From Trichinella spiralis (Eukaryota): a stretch of DNA of 64,000 bases. This document shows, piece by piece, positions 12,307-25,785 of this stretch. The stretch is from positions 3,040,195-3,104,194 of the forward strand of contig NW_003526941.1 in NCBI RefSeq assembly GCF_000181795.1, given 5' to 3'. The notes below the pieces were generated by a model that saw only the letters and a program-made list of their open reading frames with translations, did no database searches and was not told where the DNA came from. Position 1 is the first letter of the stretch, and every line of letters begins with the position of its first letter. Position numbers and translations under genes: made by a program.

Positions 12307-15300
12307 CTAAGCACAAAATCCACACGATTTTGGACAAAGGTATCTCATCAAGAATTCATAAAACAACGACCTGCACCGGTCAAGAATCAGCCAGCACTGG
12401 GTAGCTTTATCTTCGCATATTTCTAAAATATATATATGACAACAAAAAAACTTCAAACTGATATTTGATTTCATTTGTAAAACTGACCTGCATTTTGATG
12501 CGCAGAAGGTGAAGGCAAGAATGGATTCGGTTTGGTGAAATATGAATATGGATCAGTTTTCTCTTTGGATAAAAAAGCATCCGAAGTAGCGCCCGGCAAA
12601 TGATTAAGCCAAACCCCCGGATTTCCGGCAGCATAAGTGTAATAAGACGAGCAGTTGTACATTTTGTTAATTTTGCGCAAATCGACAGGGCTGAAATCTT
12701 TCATCCGACCAATGATGGCTGTCATACCCGGCATGCGTGCTTCGATCGTGTTACGCCCGTTTCGTGAAAATGCTTTACTGTCGTAATGAAGAATTGAAAA
12801 ATAATCATAATTCTCATCATAATAGTCGCTCTCTAACAAATTCGCCTTGCCAAATTGATCATATCCTCCTGAAAATGGAAAATTTTCAACAATCATATTT
12901 ATACAATTTCCCCTACAATGTTCATAATTTGAAAAAAAGAAAAACAGTAGAAAATTTTGTTCTTGTAGAAATTACCTCTGTCGACATTGTTCCACAAAAT
13001 TTGAATGTAATTGTCCCGATCCCATCGCTCATGTTCGTGCCAAAAGCCAACCGCATGCATAAGTTCATGAATAACTGTTTCGTAATCTATACAGCCAAAA
13101 TCGAGCGATAATTCTTGCCTTCCACCACCTCTTCCGACATCAGAAAAGCAGCTAAAACGTATTAATAATTTCAATGCAAAAAATTTCCAAAATCCCTGCA
13201 TTCCTATTCATCATTTTCTATATATATATATATATATATATCTTCTGCTTTTTTTGTAAATAAATAGCACTTACCCGTCAATTTTCCCAATATACAAATA
13301 ATCAGGTTCGAAAGTTCTGGGAACAAAACGAACGCAAGTTCTGTCGTGGTAGGCTTTCATGGCTCGAGCAATGATCGCCCTTTCTTTGGTTGCTTTAAAA
13401 CAGACCAACGTCAGGTAGACCGATATATAGATGTCAAATTCAACAATTAAACTTGACAATGCAAAGCAAACCTACTGTAATAATCGGACAAAACATAAGG
13501 TACTTCGTTGTTGGGCCATTTGTCTTTCGTCATGCGCACACCATTCCTGCTAACGCCCCTCGTCTTCAGACGACGTCTCATCACAGCCTTGCCAACAATA
13601 TCTCCTTGAAATTTGTCGACTACAAAGAAAAGCTACTGACGTAAAAATTTAATTCATTCAAAATACACTACACCTTGTTGCCATGGTGGATGAGTTTCAG
13701 ATCCGTACATTTCTTCTGAAATTATACACAAATTTGCAGATTGCATATTGAAATGATGATAAAAAAATTTCAATCATTAATCAGTTGCTTAATATTAATG
13801 AAAAGCAGAAAAAAATTATCCCACTGAAACAAAAAAAATAGTGCAGAAATGAAGGTGAAAATGTTCATTTTGCTTGCAAAATGCAATCCAGTTAGCCGGC
13901 TTGTCGGTAAAACTAGCTGGAGAATCGTTTTGCGGTTCAAAGCCCCCATTAATGTTGGTGTGGGGTCGGCTGAAAGCTTTCATTTCGTTCAATTCATCCG
14001 CTATTTACTGTATGCATGAAATAACTGACGGAGGAAAAGCATGCGAACGTGACAAACCAGTTCCAATGGTGAAGTCAAAGGATCCAACGGACGGTGACGC
14101 GTGTCGACCAACTATTTACACAGCATTACGCCATTCACTCTTGCATCCAGAACAGCTGGCCATTGGCAAAAGAACAAACAGCTCATTTTCTCCATTCCCC
14201 ATTGCGTGCTGCGTCACCAGTTGTAAAACTTTAGAACACTGCATTATTATTCACTGCTTTAACTTGCTACCACGTTTTCTTTATCGAATTCCACTGAACA
14301 AATGCGAAAACTAACCACCTTTGCAAATATTGCAATTTCACAATCGTCTTCCCTTTCGCTTCAGTAGCCATTAGCAACAACATGTTCACATCCATCCATC
14401 AACATGCATATACTACTTAGTAATTATTGTACCTTATGCTGCTGTCCAACTAGCCAACATTAATATTAACACTAGCATGCTTTGATGATCATTTGTGACA
14501 AGAAAAATGACTTCATATTTTCCAAATATTGTTCATATAGATAAAATGAATGGTATTTTGCTTACCTGTTGTCAGATACATCGCATTTCTGAAGTCTTCA
14601 ATGGTCAAAAAAGTACCATCTTCTTCTGAAAAATACAAATTTAACCAATGGAACTGTATGTTGTTCAAAAATTATAAAGGAAAGTTTTTTTTGTAAGACA
14701 TTGCGTTAAAACCAAACTTTCATTGTCATAATAATATAACCTCAAAGTGAAGTACATTTTTTTTATTAAAAATGTTCTTACGTTGCTTGTTGCTTTTGTT
14801 AAAAATGAAACTATTATTCACAATCAGCAAAGATGAAAACACTCATCAGGTCAGCCAACTTTCACGTCACTTCATGCTTCAAATATGTACAATTCTTTCC
14901 TTGCTAATTATTATTCTACACTGCATTTCTAGCTGACCATAAACCAATACTGAACTATTCACGTGTATCTTTTTAAATTTCAATCATCAAAAACCTTTGC
15001 AACAGGAAAAAGTTCAAAATATTAAAGTAAAAGTTGATTTTCAAACTCGATAATAATCTCTCCCTCTCCTCTTATCATAATAGAATTTTAAGCGGCAAAA
15101 TTAAACTCATAAGCAACAAACTGGTCAGTTTGCCTGTCGAAGTAAGCAATTTCATTTATGAACTGTTGTTGATCATCTGCATTAGCATGAAATGAAAATT
15201 CCAGTTCAGCATCATTTATTTAAAAGCATTCGCGCTCAGCCTGGTTTCAATTGCATGAGCTTTTGTAATGAACGTCTGAAACCATACTAAATGCTTGTTT

Positions 15301-16351
15301 ACTTGTTCAAAAAAAAAAGATGCAAATTTGTTTAACGTGTTCCAATCTGAATTATTTTTCATCTCAAATAAGTGATTTTGCCTTCAAAATCAACTTCAAA
15401 TCTCATTGTAATTACCAAAAATATGCCAAAAAATTTATGCTAATTTTTTCAAAAATAAAAAATGGCCAAAAAAGTTATATCATTGGGGAAAATTACGCAA
15501 ATTGACAAAGGGTTTAATGAACAATTTCCCGTTGTCAATGTCTGCCTTTTGTCGGTCACTGCTTTTCTTTGTCAGAAAATGAAACGGAAAAAGAGAAAAA
15601 CATTGTAAAGTAAAAATTATAATTAAAAAAAACCATTTCACAATCGACCTCATTTATCGTACAGCTTCACAACGAGTACTTTCAGTCGTTCAGTATTACA
15701 AATATATAACAATAACGAGGAAAAAAAATACTAAATGAATGCATAAAACTTATAAATCAAAAAAAGGGAAATGCTATTTATTTATTATTCATTGGCATTT
15801 ATTATGGCGCATTATTGTGTAGTAGGAAAAATGAATGACCCGATAATCGAATGATTCTGAAAAAAGATTAAAAATTTTCCATTCCATATAAAATAAAACA
15901 ATCAAATTTCAATAAATGTGAATTCCATTCACTTTAGAAAATTTTCAACACAATAGCTGCGCTATACGTCACATCAACGTATATATATATATATAATATC
16001 AAATTAGACGCTTGCTTGCATTGTTTTAAAATTTACAATCACAATGCACGATGCGTTAAATGATAAAATTATAACTTTGAAAAGTCAATTTGAAACAATC
16101 TCACAAAAATATCATATTCAATAATAAAAAATAATTTTCAAGAAATAAATTTGTTGAAAAGATTGAAAATTTCACATTCATCCCTTCCCCAGTTCAATTT
16201 TAGAGTTGAGAAGATTCAAAATTAAAAGTTCTCAGCCAACGAATGACAAAAAAATAAACTACTAACCGTATGGCAAGCCCAACGGTGCCGCGTCGACGAC
16301 AATCCAAAGAAAAGCAATGGTTGAAGCCAAAGTAGAACAGAAACGTTTCAT
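12307..16351 (-). CDS. Second secreted astacin zinc metalloprotease with C-terminal ShKT domain; tandem paralog, 8 exons
   Basis: Exons 16267-16351 (signal MKRFCSTLASTIAFLWIVVDAAP), 14566-14625, 13674-13715, 13476-13619, 13275-13392, 12976-13151, 12488-12868 and 12307-12422. Motifs: FQGDI, RNG..KWPNNEVPY, HELMHAVGFWHEHERWDRD, SILHY, and ShKT CEDKATQCWLILDRC...LCPKSCGFCA-stop. Confidence 0.93.
13219..13241. repeat. (TA)n microsatellite in an astacin 2 intron
   Basis: About 11 copies, directly visible. Confidence 0.85.
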
Positions 16352-19300
16352 TGGAGCATTAGCTATATGGTGGGCTGTATGTTGAGGTCGAATTATTATT
16401 ATTCAAGGCGTGATTCAGAAACATCCACCGATGTTGAACCAGTTAATGGTTGTGAACAGCGACAATATATTTTGCAAGCCGTATTCGGCTGCTGTTCGAA
16501 TGGCAAAATTGAAATGGAAAAATATACAACTAACTAACAGCAAAGTACAAACTAACCAGCTGGGATGAAGAGAAAAATAAAGCAGCAAAGAACGTTGAAA
16601 GTATATTGTTCAGGCAGCAAATGGCCGAGCAGAGTATCAATTTGGTGAGGTGCACACCTCGCTGATTGGACAATTGGACCAATGAAACAACGCTGTCCCG
16701 CCCAGCCCGCCAAAAAATATTCCCTCTGCCCTTTTTTTCCGACCGGCTCGGAACCGAGCCAGTTTCTTCATTTACCGTTTGGTCGGCAAGCTTTGCAAGT
16801 TTACTCTTAACAAACAATAAAACAAGCCTACATCAAAGCTAGCAAGAATGAATGGGGGAAAATAAAAATAAAAAATACTAATAAAACAAACAAATCCACT
16901 CCCACTGAAGCTAACGGGAAGAAGGGGAAGGAAAAGTTGGAACAAACGGCGGATGCTGGTTTCTTTTTCTGAACCAAGAAAAAGCTTTGTGTAATTTTCC
17001 AATTCGCTGTTAGTACAGCGAAAAGCTGCCTTAAACGTGGACAGTTCCAGACCTTGCCGAGTCAAGTTCTGTTTTCACTTGCAATTGGTCAGCCAACTGC
17101 TCAATGCTGAATAATATACAGCTGCACGAGCTTCGAACAACCAACCGGTCATCAAATAATCGTCGTGTCCAGTTTTTCAATTACTATAAATGCGCTAAAT
17201 CAGCATAAACGTGTAAGAGTGCTACTCTCAGGACATGGCTTTGCATCACTCCACACAGTGGAGAGACGTTTGTCGAACAAACAGCGTCGATGACGTGTGC
17301 TGCGTGTCTGCAGTTCCCAGTGGGTCAACAACTGGATATCAATTGACCATCGATTTGAATTGTCTAAGCAAGGATGCTTTCTGACCGACTGCCTCCAATT
17401 TTTAACAACAACGACGATTCAAATATTACCACTTGACCAACCTCAAAAGCTAAGATGATGTCGCATTTTAACAACAGTGTGTGTCACAAATGCGACACAA
17501 TCAACTATCACATCATTCACAATACAATAAATGCAAGAAATTCTCCATTAATTCGTGCCAAACTGTTCAGAAATCATAACAACCAAATTGACTATTTCAT
17601 AACCCCAAACTGGATAAATTCCAATACAACAACAAAACCCCATCAAATGTACTTGTTAAGATATAAGAGAAAAACAACAATATTTGATAGATAATTAAAA
17701 GAATTAACCAATACCACCTACAAATATATATATATAAAGACAATCATATTTAAAAAATCATAACTTTGCACATAAAAACAGAATTATTTATGAATTTATA
17801 TTTTTCAGAAATGACAATTTTTCCATCTCATATTATAGAAACAGCACAATTTGCTTATTAAAAAAATGTGAATAAGTGCTCTTCATACTGCCCATAATAC
17901 AATTACACTTATATTAGTAATAGATTTTTCTTAATAACTATATTTACTTTGTCTAGGCGATACCAAAAAAAGGTATACGAGCAATGCTTCCTTCCCTCTC
18001 TGAGACCAAGAAAAATCTATCCACAAACAACACTCTTTTTACTTTATAGCAAAAATAAAAAAAAGAACATGCAAATTCTTCCCATATTCAAATCAGGCGA
18101 AAAAGTAAGCATTAGCCATCATACCAAGCGCAAAGAGTAGAGGCTTTCTCCCACTTCGATGCCCATCCTCGTCTATAAGAAGAGCGCGGCGCACTAGCAT
18201 GGAATCACCTGCTTCTCCACTTGCTTTAAATATTTTAATACCCCCTTCATATTTAATATCTAATTGATTTAACTGATTTACATTTCATCACTGCAAAAGC
18301 ACAGCTATTATGCATAATTGCCATCCGATAATAAATTTATCGAATTATGCAGTTAACTTTGGAATTGCGGAAACAATTTAAACATAATGCATTTTCACGA
18401 TTAAAATGTAAAAGAAAAAAGTTGAAACTAAACCGCAATAATGATGAAAAGTTAGTTGAAAAGTAACTCATTCCAACAATGGTGAATAAGTGAATAAGAA
18501 ACTAAGAATTAAAGTAAAATAAATTTAACCGATGATATAAAAAGTCGAAAAAAGTTTTTGGTCAAATAAGCAAATTTTCTTGTTATAATAATAATAATAA
18601 ATGCCGACAAGAGTTAAATCTCACAATTCAACATTCATTTCTATCTTCACCATCCTCCACTAAAATTTAAACTTATTCATCATTTCATTCATCTGGCCCA
18701 CTGTTCATGCCAATTCATACACATTGTTACGTGTTACTGATACGCGTATACAATGAATCATTCTATTTAAACCAATATTAAAATAAGTAACAAATGTGAA
18801 GAAAAAATTACAATTTAAAATTGAAACAAAATTAAAAATATGGAAAGAAATAAACGAGAGATAAAATTAAATAAAAATTTAAGAAATAAAAATCACTCAA
18901 CATATTAAAGCAGTTGTTGAACATGCAGATTCTGTTGCCAGAATACTGTATTAATTCAAATCTCAAACAAGTAGATTGATGTTCACCAAATGAAAACTAC
19001 GGGATAGTTCGACCCTTTCGAATTATCCGCAACCGAAACTTGAAGAATTTGAATTTGAAGTTATTTAAAAAAAGAATCGCACATACCTTTTTTGTCGTAA
19101 GTTGTTCCGTTTTCAGCTTCATGTCTTCAAGTTTTTCGATAAGCAGCAAAATGTTGCAATTCATAAAGTAACAAAACTACCTGAAATTAAAAATTCAATT
19201 TAAAATAACAACAAAAACAACAACAACAATAATAATAATAATAATGGAATAAGTAGATGAAACAAATACAAGAATTACAAATTTTGAAATAGTGAAAAGC

Positions 19301-20450
19301 TTTTCAACAATCGTTGATTAATTTCCGTTCAACGCCGTCAAAATTCAGGCCAGTAAACAGCAAGCAACAATTATCAGTTACTGATCAGTGGTGACCTTTC
19401 AGACGACGCTGATTTGCATAAAAGTCAGATAGCCTAAGTGCGCAACAGAAATCGACTTCAAACGCCCACGCAAAGTATCAACTTGAAACGATCATTTCGC
19501 GTTTGTTTAATAATTTAATATTATTCTTTTTTAATGAAAAACAATTTTTCAACTTTTCATTTAGAACATGCATCATAATATGCAAGATAAGTTATTTTAA
19601 AGCGCATTAAATTGCTGCGAATTAATTCAGATGATAAATTTGGATAAAAGCAACAATTCAGCAAAACTTTACCTGATCAATTGTTGTTGCCATTTGAGTG
19701 ACATTTTTCATTTCATATGAATTATGAAATTCAATAAATAGAAAGGGATGCTCTTGCTTGAAAATAAAACGAGAAGAAAACAAAAAATAATCGCACCATT
19801 TCACTTCAACACCGAAAGACACAATAATTTGAAAATGACAAGAGTGCGGTATTTATCGCCGCAAGAACTCGCTACACTTCTCTGATTGGTCTCTGTCAAT
19901 TTGCAACAATTTAATTAGGCCATGGGCGGTAAATATTATAATAACCTGAAAATTTTTAATTAAATTCCATAAATAAAAATAAAAATTTTATTTTCAACTT
20001 ATAAAATTTAATATAAATATTAAAATATTAAATAAAATTTATGAATTTTATTTTTATAAGGCTAATATACAAAAACTTGCAGGAAACAATTCAAATTCAG
20101 TTTTTGTTTTTTTATATGCATTCCTTTGTTTTGAAAAAGATCGATTTTGCAACTGTAAGCACTTGCAGCACATTTTATCACAAATGCAGATGCTATTAAA
20201 CCCAAATTAACCTATAAAATTTCAATACGAACAAATTATAAAATGATTTTCAAGTATAAAATTATAACACTTAAAATATTCTTTTTACAATATTCAATAC
20301 AGTACAATGAAAATCACTAATTACGATGCAGTGAAACGTTGATTTTATTTTTTTGTAGAATAATGAATTAATAAAAAGTCATAATGAACTGAGATTTAAA
20401 GTGTGTTCAAGTTTTTTTTAATTAAGAAAAAGCAAGTTTTGATTTCCTAT

Positions 20451-22723
20451 TTAATTCCATTTTGTCTGTGTAGACTGCGATGCAGTTTCTGCATCGTCAT
20501 TTTGTTGTCCGCCATAAAGAGTGCTTTCTGTGTCGAAGTCTTCATCCCAATCATCATTGGATGATTTTGTAATGCTTTCAATCGTTGAAACAGAATCTTT
20601 CGACTTTGTTCTGTTTAGATTCGTCACGGAACTATCACGTTTCGTCATTTTCTTCCTCTGCTCTAACTTTTCCACAGCGCGCATCACTGATCTCAGTGCA
20701 GAATCACTGTCATCCGTATTATCATCGTCGTCATCATTCAGAGTACGATTCCATTCATAAGCTGTTTTACTAATTCCGGCTTCTTTCAAAATTTCATTGA
20801 ATCGATTTTCTAGTGACTGTTTCGCAATTAGCTGAAACAAATTAATCAATCAATAAGTCAATCAATTGCACCCATATTTATATAATTAAAAATAACATTC
20901 ATTTAAATTATTTGATAAACACTACAAATACAACAGATTTACAAAAATTAATTACCGCTTTCTGTTGCTCCAATAAAGTTGGTCTGTTGTGGATACGATT
21001 TTTCAGGGCAGCTAGATTATCTTTGTACCACGTTTCAAAGGCAATTGAATCCAACCTGTCAAAATGCACTTTTAACTTTCACGTGTAAATTAATAAAACA
21101 TTAATAATAAAAATTAAAAATTCATTAATAAAAAAGATACTTTAATTTCCGCTTCTTTTCCTCAGCTCGAAGCTTTTGTTGGATATTTTCATCTTCAACA
21201 TACTGCTTTAGTTGCTTTTTCAATTTGCTCTTTATTTCACTGCTTTTATCGTTGTTTTGAATATCACGCACTGTCGCTTTCCTCCGTTCTCTAAAAAATA
21301 AATAAATAAGTAAGCAAACTTTTAATGCTTTATTTTCTTTTAATAACAACAGATTTGCATAAAACATACTCACTTGTTCATTTCGATTCTCATCAATGTC
21401 GTTTTATTAAACTGACTCGCCAGATCGACCTCCGGCTCTCTAGAAAGATATAACAAAGATCGACTTCTTCTAAGAGATTGGCAGTTTTTCTGTTCAGATT
21501 TCATTCCCTACAAGAACAATACACAAAAAAAACAATAAATTAAATATTGAAAATCAACAGAACAATTTTTATATTATTCAACATTTTATCAACAATTAGT
21601 ATTACTGTATTTGCTTGGCAACGTGTCCGGCAGCAAGGATCCATTTTCAAAGCAAACGGTTCCACTTTGATTAGGTGAGCATTTTGAATTTTTCTTGTAT
21701 TCAATTTTTCTTGTATCTAAAAAATTAAACAGAACAACTTCACAATCAACTAAGCAAAGAATGCTAACTATATAAATAAATCCTTTTATGCAATTCAGAG
21801 TGTCGCTTACTTGATTGTGAAGTTGTTTAAAATTAGGAACAGGAGCAGATTTTCGAGGATGAAACGTTGGCTCAACAGCGTAACAAAGTCTATGACGCTT
21901 TTGTAACTGCTCACGCCGATACCCTTTTTCATGTATAGTATCCTATGTGTTATTTCAAAATAAAGTACAGTACTATACAGTACAATAAATAGTACAGTAG
22001 CACATTTGTAATTATTTTTTCACCTACTTTGCTTTGAATGCTAGGATTCTCATTGTGGACAAAATGCTGTCGTTCATCAAAAAAATCATTTTTCTTATTA
22101 CACAATGGTTGCTTGCTCATCTGCATGCAGCCAGTGATATGTGATGTGGAAATAGGTTTAACAGGTAAGGCTGAAAATTGAGGAGGACAGTTTGCCATTG
22201 CGGCTGATCGACATCGCCTTAAATGGATCTCATTACGTGCTTCACTGAGCTTGAAAGGCTGTACGGCAGTTTGAAGCAATTCATGACGATGTTGGAGTAA
22301 AAATTGCCGTCTACTTGACTCAGCTTGTGTCAGCTGTTCGTACAAAGGCAGATAAGTGGAAGCCGGCACTGGAGAAGCTTTGAATTCAGCTTTGGCAATG
22401 TGTTCCGCTTGTTTGCGATTTTTTTCCTCCAACAATGCTTCTGTAAAGCGATTTGCATACGTGGCCCGTATTGGCGCCATCTCGTCTCGGATGGTCATTT
22501 TGAATGGTTCCGGAACGGTAAATCGCTTTCCAGACGCTTTTTTCGACAGCAGTGGTCGACTCTTCGTTGTCGGTTTCTCATTTGCATGCACAGATGTCTC
22601 ATCTTCGCTTGACCGCTGATTATACAAGCGCCGTAACAACTGCAACAACTTCGCCTGATTGTTGCGCATTGCTTCCAACTGAGCAACACCAAGACATTGT
22701 TCAGATCGGCTACGTTCCAGCAT
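20451..22723 (-). CDS. FAM161: FAM161-family (UPF0564) centriole/cilium microtubule-binding protein, multi-exon
   Basis: Contains FTVPEPFKMTIRDE, FKASPVPASTYLPLYEQL, QPFKL, VPNFKQLH and TKVEPF, followed by a coiled-coil C-terminus (RIHNRPTLLEQQ). Probable ATG at 22723; the track ORF extends further upstream from a TTG. Confidence 0.8.
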
Positions 22724-22854
22724 AAGCCCAAATCCACAATGCCCACTCTGAACAACACGAAAAACAACCACATCCACACCCACAGACGAACTGCTGCACT
22801 CTATGGCAAGCAAACAACGTTCGTTGTTCAAACTTGGCAACAAGCACAGCAGCC

Positions 22855-22868
22855 GTTTCTGAGGCAAC
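22855..22868. promoter_or_regulatory. X-box (RFX/DAF-19)-like element GTTTCT-GA-GGCAAC upstream of the FAM161-like gene
   Basis: 14-bp imperfect palindrome about 130 bp upstream of the ATG at 22723. Extra GTTGCC half-sites at 22833-22841 and 22997-23005. Confidence 0.5.
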
Positions 22869-23243
22869 GATTAAATCCATTCCCTATTGCCTAAGATCAA
22901 TATTTCAATACAACGCTGCAAACTTTACACCGGTCAAGTCGCTGAACACAGCCAACATAAACACAGCACAGCACAACAACGCAGCCTAGCAAAGCAGTTG
23001 CCAGGCGAAGCGTACCATTTGCATCAGTCACAGGTGATCACTATTGATTGATTGTTAATATGTATAATATTGCAAAAAATTGATTACTCAAAATGTATTT
23101 AAAAAATAAATGATCTAAAAACTGCAAACATTAGTCATATTTTTTTACAAATCACACTAGAAAATAAGAAATAAGTTTTCGATACCAAGAAAGAAATAAA
23201 CAAATAATGCACAACTTTTTACCATTCTATGATAAATAATGAT

Positions 23244-25785
23244 TCAACTGGCTATTTTCGGTCTCGTAAAATTGTACGGAGAAAATGCTTGCACATATCG
23301 TTGAAAATTATAAACAACGTTATAAAAATAAAGGAACCAAACTGCCAACTGAAGCCGTACAATAGCTGTAGTCCAAGCTACCCAAACCAGACATCCTCTT
23401 GCCAAGTTGTCACTGCGTCGATAAGCATAATCGTAAATCGTATTCAGGCAATATTCAGTTGTATTCAAGTACGAATAAGCCTGCTTTTGGGTGCCAAGCT
23501 TGAATTCAATTGTACGCAAAAGATCGTTTGCTTTGAATACCATGATCATCTGCCTCGGCACACTGCTCAACACTTCAGCCATTTCTGGAATGTATGAAGC
23601 AGCATGCGCTTTGATATCATCATTCTAAATTCACCATAAAATGACAAAATATCAACTTCGGTCCTGAAAAATAACCTCTTCGGCTGTAAAGCCCGTATTT
23701 TTAATTCCTCGAATTATTGCTTTCCAACTGCGGGCAGTTACCATACAAGCAAACAGCGGATACAAGTCGCCCACGCCCAACGTCTTCGAACAACGTTCAA
23801 TGCCAAGCCGATCCTTGCGCAGTATACTTAACCACAATCTGGCGTAGTTTAGGCGAAAATTTTCGTCTAATTTCTAACCAATTATGTTATCCTATATGCA
23901 AAATTCGAAGCAGATATAGCTCTTACTGTATATAGTCCATGATCAAGAAGAACAATCTCAGTCTGACCATTTGAATCTTTACGGACAAGAATATTGCCCG
24001 GATGTGGATCACAGTGCACATCACCGTGGACAAATATCATTTCACTGAATATTACACTAAGCTTCCTGCTCACCTGAAAGCATATAACAGTTAAAATAAA
24101 AATCGTATTAGCATAATAAAACAAATTGTGAAGAAATTCAAAAGATATTCAAACTAAAAAAAATTAAAACAATATAAATAATATAAAAACTAAAATTACA
24201 TATATACGCCACTATAAGTACTCAAAAATTTACAATTTACACAAAAACATAAAAACACATACATCATAGGGTGATATACCGTGCGAATTTATATATTTCA
24301 AATCATTCACCAAACCACCTTCAAAATATTGCATGGTAAGTACACGGTCTGTAGACAAGTCCCACAAAATTTCGGGTATCTTTAACATTTAAATGAAAAA
24401 GAAAAATAATCATCGTAATCGTTGTCCATATTGTTCGTTGTAAACATATTTACTTTTAAAAATTTGAAATTTTCCAACAAACGTCGAATGCGATCAGCAT
24501 TTTCTGCTTCTTCTTTGAAATTTAGCTCTCTAGGCAAATTTCGCTTTACCTCTTCTGCAAACCACATCAACTTGAATTCTGGAAACACTTTCGCAGCCGC
24601 ATGCACTAACAACTAAAATAAGTAAAAACCAATTAAATAATAACAATAATAAATTATTTAAACACAGAATCAAAAATACACATTTTGCTAAAAAAATAAA
24701 AGAACATTCAAAAAACAGAAGGAATATTTAAATCCGATTTTAAATGTTTAAAAAACAAAGCTCACATTCATTGTAAAAATATCAACGGCACTGTTCTGTT
24801 TGACACGTCTGTGTTGGACTTTCAAAGCAACAGTTTGGCCATTTGAAAGTTTGGCTTTATGAACTTGAGCTAGCGAAGCAGAGCCAATTGGTTTAGGATC
24901 AATTTCAACAAAATTGTCAACCTAAATAAATTTTTTAATAAAATTACTGATCCGCCATTCAATGAAAATACTTTGTTTCCCAAATCTTCCAATAGCACTT
25001 GCTTAATGTCATCGAAAGAAGACAATGGAGCGTCTTTTAAAAGTGAAGACAGCGTTCGGATATATTCCATAGGTAGTAAGTAGTCTAGCGATGACAAATG
25101 TTGTCCAACCTAAAATATAATCATAAACACTGGGGCAAAAGATGAAGATACAATTCAATGAACAATAAACGTAATAATAAATACGCAGTGAAAATAAACT
25201 GCAAATAATTTAAAATCAACTAAAAAATACAAAAAAATTATAAACATATCATTCGTTACATACAACAGTTCCAGATAAATACATAAGATTATATAAGGGA
25301 AAACAAATTTTCGCAAATTTTACTTTGATGTAACAGCCTCCATTTTTATGAGCCAATTTTAGCATTCGATCAGCACTCCGCTGATGGACACCAGACATTT
25401 GTAATGCATAATCTTCAGCTTCAGAATTCGCTAAATTCATTGTCATCTTGTAGTCGATTGCAATCGATGCAACCTGTTTAAAATTAAAAGCTCTTCAGCG
25501 TATAAATTTTATCTTTCAGTAAAAACAATTCATAGGAAAGCGGAAATATTTTTTAAACAATTTTCCTTTACGATTTCAGTGTTATAAAATAATGCAAAAG
25601 TGGTAATATTTTAGTAGAGAAAAAGTAAAATCATACGTAAAAAATAAGTTTACCGTAGCCGCTGCACGGCCAATTCGCACAATACCAATGGATAATGGAT
25701 CAAAATCATTTTTATATAAAGCATAACCAGTCGAGACAGCTACCACTGCCACAGCTGACCGCCAAATCAATCTCCTCATTTGCAT
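23244..25785 (-). CDS. ADCK1: aarF/UbiB (ABC1) family atypical kinase, ADCK1-like, multi-exon
   Basis: Contains SIGIVRIGRAAAT, KNGGCYIKVGQHLSSLDYLLPMEY, PIGSASLAQVHKAKL..GQTVALKVQH, ELNFKEEAENA, HCDPHPGNILV, IVLLDHGLY and LFACMVTARSW. Confidence 0.92.

Noticed and set aside
13874..14314. 146-aa plus-strand ORF inside astacin 2 intron 2
   Set aside because: TTG start, no recognisable motif and no clear splice context; more likely regulatory GC-richer intron sequence.
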